The notes: a model not told the origin generated them from the sequence alone. Shown: positions 1-12,687, counted from the first letter of the stretch. The stretch is 64,000 bases of DNA from Octopus vulgaris (GCA_951406725.2 OX597832.1:11656001-11720000), one strand, 5' to 3'. Program-made: numbers and translations.

Positions 1-35
1 GTAGTCATCAGACTCAGTATAAGTAGACAACCACC

Positions 36-79
<44 letters not shown>

Positions 80-299
80 TCATACCCATACACACACATA
101 TATATGTGTGTGTATATATATGTATATATATATATAAATACACACACGCACATATATATATGTGTATATATGCAGATAAACATATATACATATATGTATG
201 TGTGCGCGTGTGTGTGTGAGTATGTGTGTATACATGTATATACACGCGTGTTGTTTATCCATGGGTGTATTCAATAGATAGCCCTCGGCTAAGCAGGGG

Positions 300-838
300 T
301 ATAGTGTCAACAATTGAGATCCAGAGATGCTCAATATAGGAGACACGTCGGTAAAGAGGTGCTATATTAGAAATCCAGGTGATTTTTCTACCTCGACGAA
401 AGTAGCCGGCTTTTCTGTAACGTTAATAAGCATCCTCTACTGGAATTACACTACAAGAGTTACATAATTATGTGCCCCTAGAAACGGCTGTCGTACATAA
501 AATACCACTCATTATTCCCTTACGTTTCTGTATCTTTGTAATCCATCTATATTTGTTTATTGTGTAAATGTATAAATATCCTAGTATTCATCAACTGCAT
601 ATTTTCAATCTTATCTTCTCTCTACATATATTACTGTGTATATGTATCAACACTTCATATATTTATGAAGCCCAAGCATGTTTGTCTGCATCACTATTGC
701 CATATCAGCTCTCTTGGCTTTCTTTTATAAGCATTCTTTACCATGAGATAGAGACTTCGGAGAGTAGCTCCAAATTATTTGAGCTCTGCTACGTGTATTT
801 TATGTTAGCATCTCTAGATCTCAACTGTTGACTCTGTA
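300..838. mobile_element. Element with terminal inverted repeats, probably an inverted PLE terminal (pLTR) remnant
   Basis: 300-331 (tatagtgtcaacaattgagatccagagatgct) is the near reverse complement of 807-838 (agcatctctagatctcaactgttgactctgta). The interior has a hairpin followed by gaaacggctgtc (~461-492), similar to the motif in the 53350-53716 palindrome. Flanked by microsatellites. Confidence 0.5.
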
Positions 839-996
839 AATATAGATATATCTACATAGAGATATACATATACATATCTCTTTCTTTCTTTCTTTTTTTT
901 TCTGCCTTTCTTTCTTTGTCTCTGTATTTAAACATATATATATACACACACACACACATATATATATATACAAATACATACATATATATACTCACA

Positions 997-1042
<46 letters not shown>

Positions 1043-1095
1043 GACATATACATACACACACCCACACGCATATATATATACATATATATACATAC

Positions 1096-1171
<76 letters not shown>

Positions 1172-1957
1172 CGGTGGATAAATATGCTCGTAAACTCCAA
1201 CCATACGTGCGTGACATATACGTAGACACCCGCAAGAATCTTTCAACGCTGAACATAGAGTTTATCTCAGTATAATTGTAGTAATAATTTTACATTTCAT
1301 TAATGGAATTGATTTTTATCGAATATTGACTCCACTCCATTACGTAGATAGACACTTATACACACACACACGTGTGTGTGTGTGTGTGTGTGTGTGCGTG
1401 TGAATGTGCTAGTGTATAATACGGATCTACTTGAAGCTAATCATGCTCGTAGTTATTCTACTTGTTCATTTAATCATTTAAAGATTTTTCATAATTTCTT
1501 TTCCTGATAATTTTCCATGAGTTTCTGACCTTATAACCTTATAACCGGAACTGATGCCAGATTGATTAAATCCAATGATTCAGAACAGGAAAGCTAGACA
1601 CTGTCTGTGAATATAAGCGCATGCGCACTGTGGATATATATATATATATATAATATTATTTTATGTATACCTATATTGTATGTGTATGTATGTATGTATG
1701 TATGTATGTGTGTGCGCGCGTGAGTATATATGCATGTGTCTAACTTATTTCAAGTTACTTTACATCACTAAGGGTAACATGTAGACCAGTACAAGGAGCT
1801 GCAAGTATAGGACATTGCTAGCTGTACTGGCAACCTTACAAAATTTGTGCGGTAGAAAACTCAATCTGAATGCCATTTAGTTCGAAAAGGAAATTCCATC
1901 AAAATATGCATGAGAACGAGCTGTTAATAACCAGCTACAGTCTGGCAGAGGTACATT

Positions 1958-2319
1958 CTTTTCTACTCTAGGCACAAGGACCGAAGTTTGTGGGTATTAG
2001 GTCGAACGCAGTAAGCAACTGGTACTTAATTTATCGACACCGAAAAGATTAAATGGAAATTCGACCTGGGTGGAATTTAAATGTAAAGACAGACGAAATA
2101 CCTATTTTTTACTAAACACAGAGAGAACAAACAAGGATAGACAAACGGATTAAGTCAATTATATTTACCCCACTGCGTAACTGGTACTTATTTAATCGAC
2201 CCCGAAAGGATGAAAGGCAAGTCGACCTCAGCGGAATTTGAACTCAGTACGTAGCGGCATATGAAATACCGCTAAGCATTTCGCCTAGCGTGCTAACATT
2301 TCTGCCAGATCACCGCCTT
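1958..2319 (-). mobile_element. tRNA-derived SINE family A, dimeric copy
   Basis: Two tandem bodies (…cccgaaaggatgaaaggcaa…gtcgacctc…gcggaatttgaactcag…) with the head at 2319. Perfect 12-bp TSD cagaggtacatt at 1946-1957 and 2320-2331. Confidence 0.9.
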
Positions 2320-3622
2320 CAGAGGTACATTGACATACTCATAATATAAAAGGAACAATTTTTAAGACTAAATTCCATTGAAGGACCCCAAGCATTTTGT
2401 TTTTATTTTTTATGGCATTTGTCTAGAAGGATATTCTAACATCAAATTTAAGGATCAATGAGCTTCTGGTCTGTCCTCCTATGTAGGCTGCTTGGAGGAA
2501 AGCTTTTCTGGCAGAAGCGCAAACGCATTTCTATATATGCTTCACTCACTACGTAACTAATTTTGTCTGCGGAAATTCTTAGAAAATAATGTATCGCAAA
2601 CTTTTGCAGAGAGAAGGTGCAGGGTAATATATCGTCACAACTAGCGGAAAATATATAATTTCACATCTCCACACGGGAGCATTGAGATTTTGTTTGCTTC
2701 TTTTTCAAACTATAGTGATGAAGATATTCAATAACACCTGTCTCAGTGATGTCACTACACAACTAGTAATCGGGAAGAACCTAAAATAATTAGTCTGAAT
2801 CAGTGTCTCTCGGCCATATTTTACCTGTGAATCCGTGATTCCTATTTGAGGGCAGACCCTCGAGGCCATACGATGTTAAAAACATCCTATTATATTTTTG
2901 TAATTAAATATTAAATATTGTATAAGAATTAAAATATTTTGTATAATGTAGATGTATAACCAGTGTATAGGATATAAATTTTAATAACAAAACCTTTTTT
3001 GTACCTCGGAGGGTCATATGGATCTTGGTTGAGACACACCTGTCTAAATACAGCTTGCCTAATTTATGGAATGGCCAGCATCTCTGAGGCTATCAGTTGT
3101 CCTATCTTTGCGATGCATGATGATACCAAAAATGTATATCTTTCAAGGCGTTGTACTCGGACAAGAGTTGACTTCCACGATTCATATCTATGGTTGCTAA
3201 CATAAAACACTTAACATTATGGTTGCTAACATAACCCAAACATTCACTTAATAACAGTCGTATTATGTGTAATGTATAACTTTGCATTTCCACTGTGTAA
3301 AGTTTATGCCGTGTACTTATTTCAATTTTATTCAACATCTTTTACATACGCAACTATTTCGTAATTGCTCTTGTCACGTATTCAAGAAAAAGAAATAAAG
3401 AGGAGAAAGTTTGGGAAAAGAAATAAAAACGATATTCCCGGAAATCACAGAAACAGATTATTTACTTTATTTACTAATGGACCCCCCTGTAAACATTCAC
3501 GAACTTTCGCATTTGCGTTTAAATCTCTATTGTCAACAACTTAATAGTTATTTATAATTTTATCTTCTTTTGTGAGTCCTGATCTCTGTAGGTTTTTCGT
3601 TTTAATACTATAAGATTATTAT

Positions 3623-4024
3623 GATGCACAGGATTGGCTGTGTGGTAAGTAGCTTGCTAACCAACCATATGGTTCCGGGTTCAGTCCCACTGCGTGGCAC
3701 CTTGGGCAAGTGTCTTCTGCTATAGCCCCGGGCCGACCAACGCCTTGTGAGTGGATTTGGTAGACGGAAACTGAAAGAAGCCTGTCGTATATGTGTATAT
3801 ATATATGTATGTGGGTGTTTGTGTTTGTCCCTCTAGCATTGCTTGACAATCGATGCTGGTGTGTTTACGTCCCCGTCACCTAGCGGTTCGGCAAAAAGAG
3901 ACCGATAGAATAAGTACTGGGCTTACAAAGAATAAGTCCCGGGGTCGATTTGCTCGACTAAAGGCTGTGCTCCAGCATGGCCGCAGTCAAATGACTGAAA
4001 CAAGTAAAAAGAGTAAAAGAGAGT
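3623..4024 (+). mobile_element. tRNA-derived SINE family B (CORE-like segment, internal TA/TG microsatellite)
   Basis: Box A-like tggctgtgtggt, box B-like ggttcagtccc, CORE-like ccttgggcaagt, 3' end …gcagtcaaatgactgaaacaagtaaaa. Near-identical copies at 11141, 14032 and 54921. Confidence 0.9.
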
Positions 4025-4924
4025 ATACACTTGGTGAAATATCCAAAAGTGAGGTGGTATTTGATTAGATTTTGAAACCGTGATATGTAGAAAAGATACA
4101 ACTATTGATAACCTGCACTAAAACCTATTAGGTCATTTTGTTTGGTTTGTTCGAAGTATCTAATAAAACAGCAATAGATTTTATCGATTCTCATCACCTA
4201 TCAGAATAGAGCGTTTAAGAAATCCGTGACTTTCTGTCTGTTGCAGTGGTCTAATTATATGAACTCGTGTCTATGCGGTTAATAATCTTGCTACTTAGAC
4301 TATTTTTAGATAAAAACTACTATGGAGTAGTGAAAGCTCTAAAGTGCCAATTTAAGAGAAAATATCGGTCATTGCAGCAGAATTGGGAAGCTCAAAGGTC
4401 AAGTAGATCATTAAGAGTACTTATCTTTAGCTAATCAAGGAAAAATATAACAACATCATTCAAAAATCATGAATATCACGAAAACAACAGTAATAAAAAC
4501 ACCAAGTAACAATTACGGAATTTGGACAACTGCAGGAAAATAATTAAAAACAAAGCCATTTATTAAGTCGCAAGTAGATTAGAAAGATACTTTAGATAAT
4601 AACCGGAAGTAATAATTGCTAAAGAATAACTGAAGACCTTAATTGAAGTAAGTAAACAAACAAAAAACTATAACAGCAAAAAGAAAAATTGTACACGAAC
4701 GAAAATAAAAAATGCTTGAAGAAGAAAAATCTAACTAAGACTGCAACTACCAAGATGTTGCTGTAAAATTAAAATATATGCATTGGAATTGTAGATTTAA
4801 ACACTAAGTAAATTGCTTAATAAATGCTGTAATTAAGGCATGAATACTAAGTATACATATTTATTTAACACAGCCATGTGAACATCAGGAGATAAATATG
4901 AAATATTACAACTCACAAATAAAT

Positions 4925-5356
4925 ACTGGTTTCAAATTTTGGCTCATGGTCAGAAAGTTCGTGGGAGATTTTCATTCGATTACATCCACCCCAGTCCGAA
5001 ACTGGTACTTATTTTATCGACGTCGAAGAATGAAAGGCAAAGCTGACATCGGCAGTATTTGAAATCAGATCGTAAAGACGGTCGAAATGGCGCTAACCAT
5101 TTTGCCCGGCGTGCTAACGAATCTGCTTCTTTATCGCCCACAAGGGGCTAAACATAGAGGGGACAAACAAGGACAGACAAACGGATTAAATCGATTACAT
5201 CGACCCCAGTGCGTAAGTGGTACTTAATTTATCGACCCCGAAAGGATGAAAGGCAAAGTCGACCTCGGCGGAATTTGAACTCAGAACGCAATGACAGACG
5301 CAATACCGCTAAGTATTGCGCCCGGTGTGCTAACGTTTCTGCCAGCTCGCCGGCTT
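4925..5356 (-). mobile_element. Two head-to-tail SINE family A copies (older 4925-5125, younger 5126-5356)
   Basis: Both carry the family A core and the gcgtgctaacg head segment. Confidence 0.85.
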
Positions 5357-5786
5357 GAATGTTACAAGGCTGAAAATATTCCAGAGAAGCTACTTAAGAG
5401 TTCTATGTAATTTATGAACAGCTTTTGTGAAATATCTATTGAGTTCCTACTGTTATGGGGAACCATTAGGTAAGAGGCTCTCAGACTAACGAAGACCAGG
5501 CCCCCACAAAAGAATACTGGTGAAATACTAACCTTTTTATCTCAAGCATCTCAGCAGATACTGGTTTAGGCACAAAATCCGTAATTTCTGAGGGGCGGCC
5601 TTTAGTCGATATCAGTGATTCCAATGTGTAGTGTATACTCTATTTAATTGAATTCGAAAGGAATAAAAGTAAAGCTAAACTTCTCGGGATTGGGACTCAC
5701 AACGAAAAAGGTTAGAGTAAATACGGCAAGGTATTTTTCCCCGCACCGAAAAGATTCTCTCTCCTACGCCTTGCCATTATATTGTT

Positions 5787-6001
5787 CATTTCAACTCTAG
5801 GTACAAGGCCTGAAATTTTGGGGGGAGTGGGAAATCGATTAGATCGACCCCAGTACGCAAATGGTACTTAGTTTATCGACCCCGAAAGCATGACAGGCAA
5901 AGTCGACCTCAGCGGAATTTGAACTCAGAACGTAAAGACAGACGAAATACTGCTAAGCATTTCGCCCGGCGTGCTAACCTTTCTGCCAGCTCACCGCCTT
6001 T
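5787..6001 (-). mobile_element. SINE family A monomer
   Basis: Full head, core and tail. TSD ttgccattatattgtt (5771-5786) / ttgccatcacattgtt (6002-6017). Confidence 0.9.
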
Positions 6002-6038
6002 TTGCCATCACATTGTTAATATGTTGTTGTGTATGAAT

Positions 6039-6246
6039 AAGGCGTAGAGATGGCAGAATCACTAGCATGCTGGGCGAAATGCTTAGCGGCATTGCGTCCC
6101 TCATCACGTTCTGAGTTCGTATTCAGCCAAATTCAGGTTTGGCTTGCATCAATTCGGCGTGGAAAAATAAAGTACCACTTGAGCACTGATGTCGATATAT
6201 AATCGACGTACTCCCTCTCCCACATTTGGGGGCCTTGTGCAAAAAT
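6039..6246 (+). mobile_element. Older SINE family A copy, inverted relative to its neighbour
   Basis: taaggcg…tggcagaatc…gggcgaaatgcttagcgg…acgttctgagttc…ggccttgtgc. Confidence 0.8.
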
Positions 6247-8199
6247 CGCGATGGGTGTGTATACGTATATGTATCTAGACATAGATGCACAAACATATAT
6301 GTATGTATGTGTATGAGTGTATGTGAGCGTGTATATTTATATTGAAAAATATCGATATTGACGGTTATATATAATCATTTGGATATGAAATTTCAAGTAG
6401 CAACACATATGGAGACACATTAAAAGTGAATCCTACAATAATATTTACAAAAAATAGAGGTATGCACATGGAAAAAAATGTATATAAAAAACGAAAAGCA
6501 AAAAAACAAAACGATATATATTGGTATAGAAAGACAAATAGAAAATAGTGTTTTGTAAAAAAAAAATGTGTTGATATAGAAAAATTAACAAGTTCATAGA
6601 ATATATATATATACAGACGCAAACACAACCACACTCACACATATCTATATATTCATACACTACACATATAGCTACTGTTGTCGCAAACACAGTTGTGTAC
6701 ATATATATACACGAAGACAAGTCTATACAAACAAACCAAAACACATGCGCTCAAACCGTACACGTACATACGCATACATATATTCGAACACATACATACG
6801 TAGTTAGAAACATTTCTCTTACTGTAAACAGCTATTAGATGCTAATACACACAAACACACACACATACAAACAAGCACACACACACACACGCACAAAAAC
6901 ACCCATACATATAATTTTTTTTATACATGTGTATGTTGATATAGATATAATTATCATATTTGTTTCCAGACATATTGATTGCAAGGTGAATTGTGAACAA
7001 CAAAGTTGTCACACGAAGAGATAATTGTTTTGTTTCCGCGATTTCTTCGAATTTGAATGAAAACATCCTACTTATATATCCTAATATAAGTAACCTTTTT
7101 ATTTGGACACTTTAATAATCTTCTTTGCATTTTCCATATTAACAAACCTATAATACACTCACTGAAGATTATTAGACCTAGCGAATTCAGAACATTTTTT
7201 CATCAAAATATACAGTATAATCGAAAGCAAACTACATTGCTTTAACGTTGAATATAGGTTATATTTTCTTCATATTGTTATAATTTATATATTTTTTACG
7301 AAAGGAAATTATTTAGGGAATATTACTTCTTTTCATTTTTGCACTCAAAGAATATAGATACATGCATGTATGTGGGTGCGTGCTTGTGTTCTTGTTCATG
7401 TGTGTTTGCGTGTATGATGTGTGTGTGTGTGGGTGGGTGTTTGCGTGTTCGATGTATGCATATATATAATATACACATTATATACAAATGTCAATATATA
7501 ATAGACATGTATACAAGGCGTTTGAAAATCCACTCCCTATTTTGAAAAATTAATTTTAAAGTAACCAGGAGACAGTTGATAATTATGATTAATGAGCTTT
7601 TTAATTAAAGATGAAACTTTAGAAAGATGAAATGATATAAATTCACTTTCCAATTAAATATCTAACTTTTCATAATAACTTGGAAAATACAGTTTAGCTT
7701 AGTTATTTTGCATATGTATTGTAAATTGGGTTAATGTATACGTAAATATGCACACACTCACATATTCATATTTTCATACATGCATATATATATGCATACA
7801 GGCATTGACTTATAAATTTTCAGTATACTTAGAAATATATGGTGGAGGCATAACGAAATACAAAATTCTAACGAGCTATTGATATTTATGTAACAATTGC
7901 CAATAGTGTGTTTAATACGTAAAATTGGTATATCCAAATGTATTACTCCGCTCCATTTAGAGATTATTTAAGCAATGTGTTGGTGGATGGTTTATGGGAT
8001 ATATGTGGTACTGAAAAAGGAACAATAAGTCCTGAAATATGTATATACACGTATTTTCTATCTTTTGTCGCATTGTTTACAGAAACGTAAACGAAAGACC
8101 GTACATTTCTGTGTTGGGTCTAATTTCTATAAAAAATCTGTAGCATTAACGTTAAAAAATTACACGCACCAAGAAACACACACATACCATATATATATA

Positions 8200-8635
8200 T
8201 ATAGTTCAAATTTATAGAAAAAATGACGAAGATAGGAGTAGGAACAAGAAGCAAGTGTACTGACGCTCGGAAAAATGGAAAAGTCTTTTACGTTTCTAAC
8301 CTATGCTCTTCGACAGAAAGGAATAAGAGGAAATAAATAGGAAAAAAAAAATGAGGAATGAGCGAGAGGGAGGAGACGGCTGAGGGTGCGTATTTTGGAG
8401 GGATTAGAGCGAATGGTGACACGCAGAAGGTGGTAGGAAGTGGTGCGGAGTATGGGTAGGATGCCAGAGACAGAATGTAAAGTAGGGTGGAAATGGAGGC
8501 GAAAACCTTTGGAAATGAGGTGATGGTGAATGTAGCGACTGAGAATGACAACATGACTACAGAAGCGTATTGTCTGAAAATCAGTAAAGGGAAGATTATT
8601 AGAATGTTGAGATCAGTGGAAAGGAAGCGTTGGGT
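8200..8635 (-). mobile_element. Penelope-like element remnant: N-terminal ORF fragment plus terminal repeat with hammerhead-like motif
   Basis: The minus strand (~8580-8350) reads FQTIRFCSHVVILSRYIHHHLISKGFRLHFHP…ILRTTSYHLLRVTI, resembling the H..FL..C….IPKGF N-terminal motif of PLE ORFs. It is followed by ctgtcgaagagcataggttagaaacgtaaaagac and ends in (TA)n. Confidence 0.65.
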
Positions 8636-9166
8636 TTTTTTTTTGGGGGGGGGATGTGGAGAACGAATGATTTATAATTAAGCATGCTGGAAAAAGGAGA
8701 AGAAAACAGAAAGAGAATAAAGGAAAAAAAAGTAAAGAAGAGTGAAGATGGCAAAGTATTAACGTACGGAGTTTAAAAGTTGAGAAAGTTGAGAAAATTC
8801 AAAATCGTGATGGATTAGAGCGATTTACATCTACGAAAACGACCAGTGTGATATGTGTGTGTGTGTGTATGTATGTGCATATGCATATATATGTTCATAG
8901 ACACACTTATATATATAGAGGGAAAAGGGAGGGAGAAAAGAGTGAAATTGAATTTATTTTCCTTCCAATGTCTTTAACATAACCTGTAATATTACATAAA
9001 ACTTCGTATATGGAAATATATTTAATCAATATCTCCACATCAACATGCAGTATTGAAAAAAAAATATTGCCTTCTAGTAAGTCTGAACACGCCCACTAGA
9101 TTTACAATGAAAGTTGAATGTTTTCCAACTGTAGCGTTCAACAGAAGGAAATCGTTGTATGAATTG

Positions 9167-9727
9167 TTTCATTGTATTTATCTTAAACGACGTCTCACAT
9201 CCAAAAGTGTCACGGTTTCGAATCCGTTAAGTTCCAAGGTTTGGTTTTCTGTGAACAAAACAGTAGAATTTTAAATTCATTTAATACTGCACTTGCTTTT
9301 AACTGGTTATTGGCGTCGAGACTAGAACAAACACTACATCATTCAAATCTTAATGTTCAATTTTCCTCAGGAACATATTTTTATCATGGATGGACGTCAA
9401 GTAGATTTTAAAAAGATCCCCATCGGCAATTTTGTCTTCTTGCTTTCATTGTATTTATCTTAAACGATGTCCCACATCCAAAAGTGACACTGTTTCGAAT
9501 CCGTTAAGTTCCAAGTTTGGGTTTTCTGTAAACAAAACAGTGGAAGCTTAAATTCATTTAATACTGCACTTGCAGTATTGGCTAGGTTATTGGCTAGGAC
9601 AAACACTACATCATTCGAATCTTAATGTTCAATTTTCCCCAGGAACATATTTTTATCACGAATGTTCGCCAAGTAGATTTTAAAAAGATCGTCGATGAAT
9701 CCCCATCGGTAATTTTGTTTTCTTTGC
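9167..9727. repeat. Tandem duplication of a ~280-bp unit (9167-9443 / 9444-9727)
   Basis: Both copies begin tttcattgtatttatcttaaacga and end cccatcgg(c/t)aattttgt…ttgc, with scattered substitutions and small indels. Confidence 0.9.
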
Positions 9728-10307
9728 TTGTGTGACTGCATGGACATTTCTACTTTCGAAAGCAATAATATCGTTGTAGCGATTGATGAATTAGCCAACC
9801 ATCAATCTCTTTTCATCAGTAAAAAAAACAAAAACAAAAAAAAACATGCTTTCTCCTCCCAAGTACTACAGGAAATTGAGATACTTTCGGGCTCTTTTAG
9901 CATTGTTGATAATAGATATAAAAATAAAATGTTTCACTTCAGTTACCCAAATGATTTTCGATAGAGAGCTGACGAAAGGATGTCATTACTTATGTTAAAT
10001 CTGCATATATTTAGTTTTTATATTTTTGCGAATAGGGGGTGCATTGAGGTTTCATCATTTCAATATTGTGTTTATATTGTTTTAGTGCATGCTAATTCGT
10101 TATGGTTTCATTAAATGGTTTCTAAGAGCAGTACTAGTCTTATTTGCTATAGTCGATTTGCTTCCGTGAACGTTTGTACTCGGAAATAAAACCAGTATTA
10201 TTCATTACAGAGAGTGAAATATTTCAGTAGCAGCTAGAATGGCATGAAGTCACGGCGATCTCCTCAATATTAATATGTTTGATTTCTGAGACAGCATATT
10301 TACTATT

Positions 10308-10705
10308 CGTTTCTACTCTAGGCACAAGGCCCTAAATTTGGAGGGAGAGGGCCAGTCAATTACATCGACCCCAGTACGCAACTGGTACTTAATTTATCGA
10401 CCATGAAAGGATGAAAGGCATAGTCGACCTGGGCAGAATTTGAACCCAGAACGTAAAGACAGACGAAATACCTATTTCTTTACTACCCACAAAGGGCTAA
10501 ACACAGAGAGGACAAACAAGGACAGACAAACGGATTAGGTCGATTATATCGACCGCAATGCGTAACTAGTACTTATTTAATCGACCCCGAAAGGATGAAA
10601 GGCAAGGTCAACCTCGGCGAAATTTGAACTCAGAACGTAAAGACAGACGAAATACTGCTAAGGATTTCGCCCGGCGTGCTAACGTATCTGCCAGCTCGCA
10701 GCCTT
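10308..10705 (-). mobile_element. SINE family A, dimeric copy
   Basis: Two bodies joined at gacgaaatacctatttctttactacccac. Imperfect TSD agcatatttactatt / atcatatttacaatt. Confidence 0.9.
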
Positions 10706-11140
10706 ATCATATTTACAATTATAAAAACAATTTCCCTATTCTAGAAAATGCTACATCTTAAATCAATAGATTCTAAAAATCTGCACGCTTCCGGAGAATA
10801 GCACACAGCTTCAACGTTTGATATTTTCAAATAACTATGGAAATGTTAAATTCTATCGATCATTTATATATTCACTGGGTTAAAATAGTTTTGATCACAC
10901 ATGATTGATATGCAATGCTCTGAAGAAAGTTCATCGACTGGAATAATTAACAATCCAGTGCCTTCATTAACAAAGGAAGCCTTTCTTATTTCGTACTTTG
11001 CAACTATGATACGGAAGACCTGTAAATATCTTGTAATTTCACGTGGAATAGATGAACAAATGAGGTCTTTTATTCATGAGAACATAAAAATTCGTGGGTG
11101 TCATTTGATATCGGATTTTCTTATTTCAATATGTTCATAG

Positions 11141-11548
11141 GATGTTCGCAGGAGTGGCTATGTGGTAAGTAGCTTGCTAACCAACCACATGGTTCCGGGT
11201 TCAGTCCCACTGCGTGGCACCTTGGGCAAGTGTCTTCTACTATAGCCTCGGGCCGACCAAAGCCTTGTGAGTGGATTTGGTAGACGGAAACTGAAAGAAG
11301 CCCGTCATATATATGTATATATATGTGTGTGTGTGTGTGTTTGTGTGTCTGTGTTTGTCCCCCTAGCATTGCTTGACAACTGATGCTGGTGTGTTTATGT
11401 CCCCGTCACTTAGCGGTTCGGCAAAAGAGACCGATAGAATAAGTACTGGGCTTACAAAGAATAAGTTCCGGGGTCGATTTGCTCGACTAAAGGCGGTGCT
11501 CCAGCATGGCCGCAGTTAAATGACTGAAACAAGTAAAAAAGAAAGAGG
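11141..11548 (+). mobile_element. SINE family B, full length
   Basis: Near-identical to 3623-4024 and 14032-14443. Confidence 0.9.
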
Positions 11549-12238
11549 TATGTTCAGGAATGCTTTCTAATACAGTGTCACGCTACATCCCTAAATTACT
11601 CGTTCAATTAATCAGCAATGTAAAAGTCAGGGATACGTGTGAATATATTTCAGTAGGCGAATTTTCCTTGTAGGGTTGCACCATGTTTGTATCTGCATGT
11701 TTGAGTACAATTTCATGTCATGTGAAAAGGATTCTCCTGAACTAACGAACTTTGTCTAAAAGAATGTGCAAAAACGCATGCACTCGCACAATACACACTC
11801 ACACAAGCACGTACACACGCACAAACACACACATATAATTACTTTTGAGACTAGTGAATATCGAAACACGCATGCAGTTATGAGAATTTTTATGTAAATA
11901 TTGAATTTAAAAATGCTTATGATAAAAAGTCAAATTCACCCAATGGTCTAACGCCATGTCTACATATGGAATGGCTTCACGTGCAACGAGCTGTCTTCGA
12001 CATTTTGATTCCGAAAGGGCTTTTCAATCGAACATTTACATAATGTCATCTATAGATTCAAAGTCTACTACTCCTAAGATGAACTAAACACTCACTGTAG
12101 TGGACCTTCGGTTCCTCTACCCCCTATAAAAGAAAGAAATCCGAAGGTTGAGCCTCCAAACGTGCCCCCTTAAAGCCTGGAACTTTTCAGCATCTCCTTG
12201 TGTGTGTGCTTATATATACGTATACACATACATATATG

Positions 12239-12301
<63 letters not shown>

Positions 12302-12642
12302 CGTGCGTGTGTAGACTGTAAATGATGATAATAGTAATAGCTTTTAACTTTATAAGCGTCAGGGCACAGTGAATGCTTATAAGCTTAAATCTTATAATTT
12401 TTATTAGTTTACATATATATATTCCTATATCTATTTATATAGATATTCATATATAAATTCGTATATATATATATATATGGGTGTGTGTGATTGTGTATAG
12501 AAGAATATATTAATAAAAAGAATTCCAACCTTGTCTGATTTTCACGTTTTATTTACAATCTTATAATGATATATTATAAGATAATATATTATAATTGAAT
12601 AAAATAAAATGAAATAGTAGAATGTTAAATATTCATTCTGAT

Positions 12643-12687
12643 TGAACTAGTACTTTCATGCATTGAATTCTGCAATCTTCGGGTTCA
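12643..12687 (-). ncRNA. Minimal type I hammerhead ribozyme-like motif (PLE type)
   Basis: Minus strand: tgaac CCGAAGA ttgca gaattcaa tgcat GAAA gtac TA gttca. It has a 5-bp stem I (tgaac/gttca), stem II tgca/tgca, a palindromic GUAC loop and a UA cleavage site. The core has U4>C. Confidence 0.65.

Noticed and set aside
1617-1626. Perfect GCGCATGCGC (NRF1/EWG-type site)
   Set aside because: Alternating purine-pyrimidine words arise easily next to microsatellites; no promoter context.
3619-4068. Recurrent ORFs such as …EDTCPRCHAVGLNPEP… and …KETDRISTGLTKNKS…
   Set aside because: Incidental translations of SINE family B; they recur because the SINE recurs.
4320-4760. A-rich stretch with an ASRLERY fragment resembling an R4/Dong LINE N-terminus
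   Set aside because: Too degenerate to call by eye.
10866-11020. Minus-strand open frame after tttacag (VFRIIVAKYEIRKASFVNEGTG…)
   Set aside because: No recognisable domain, weak polypyrimidine tract and no partner exons; cannot be supported as an exon.
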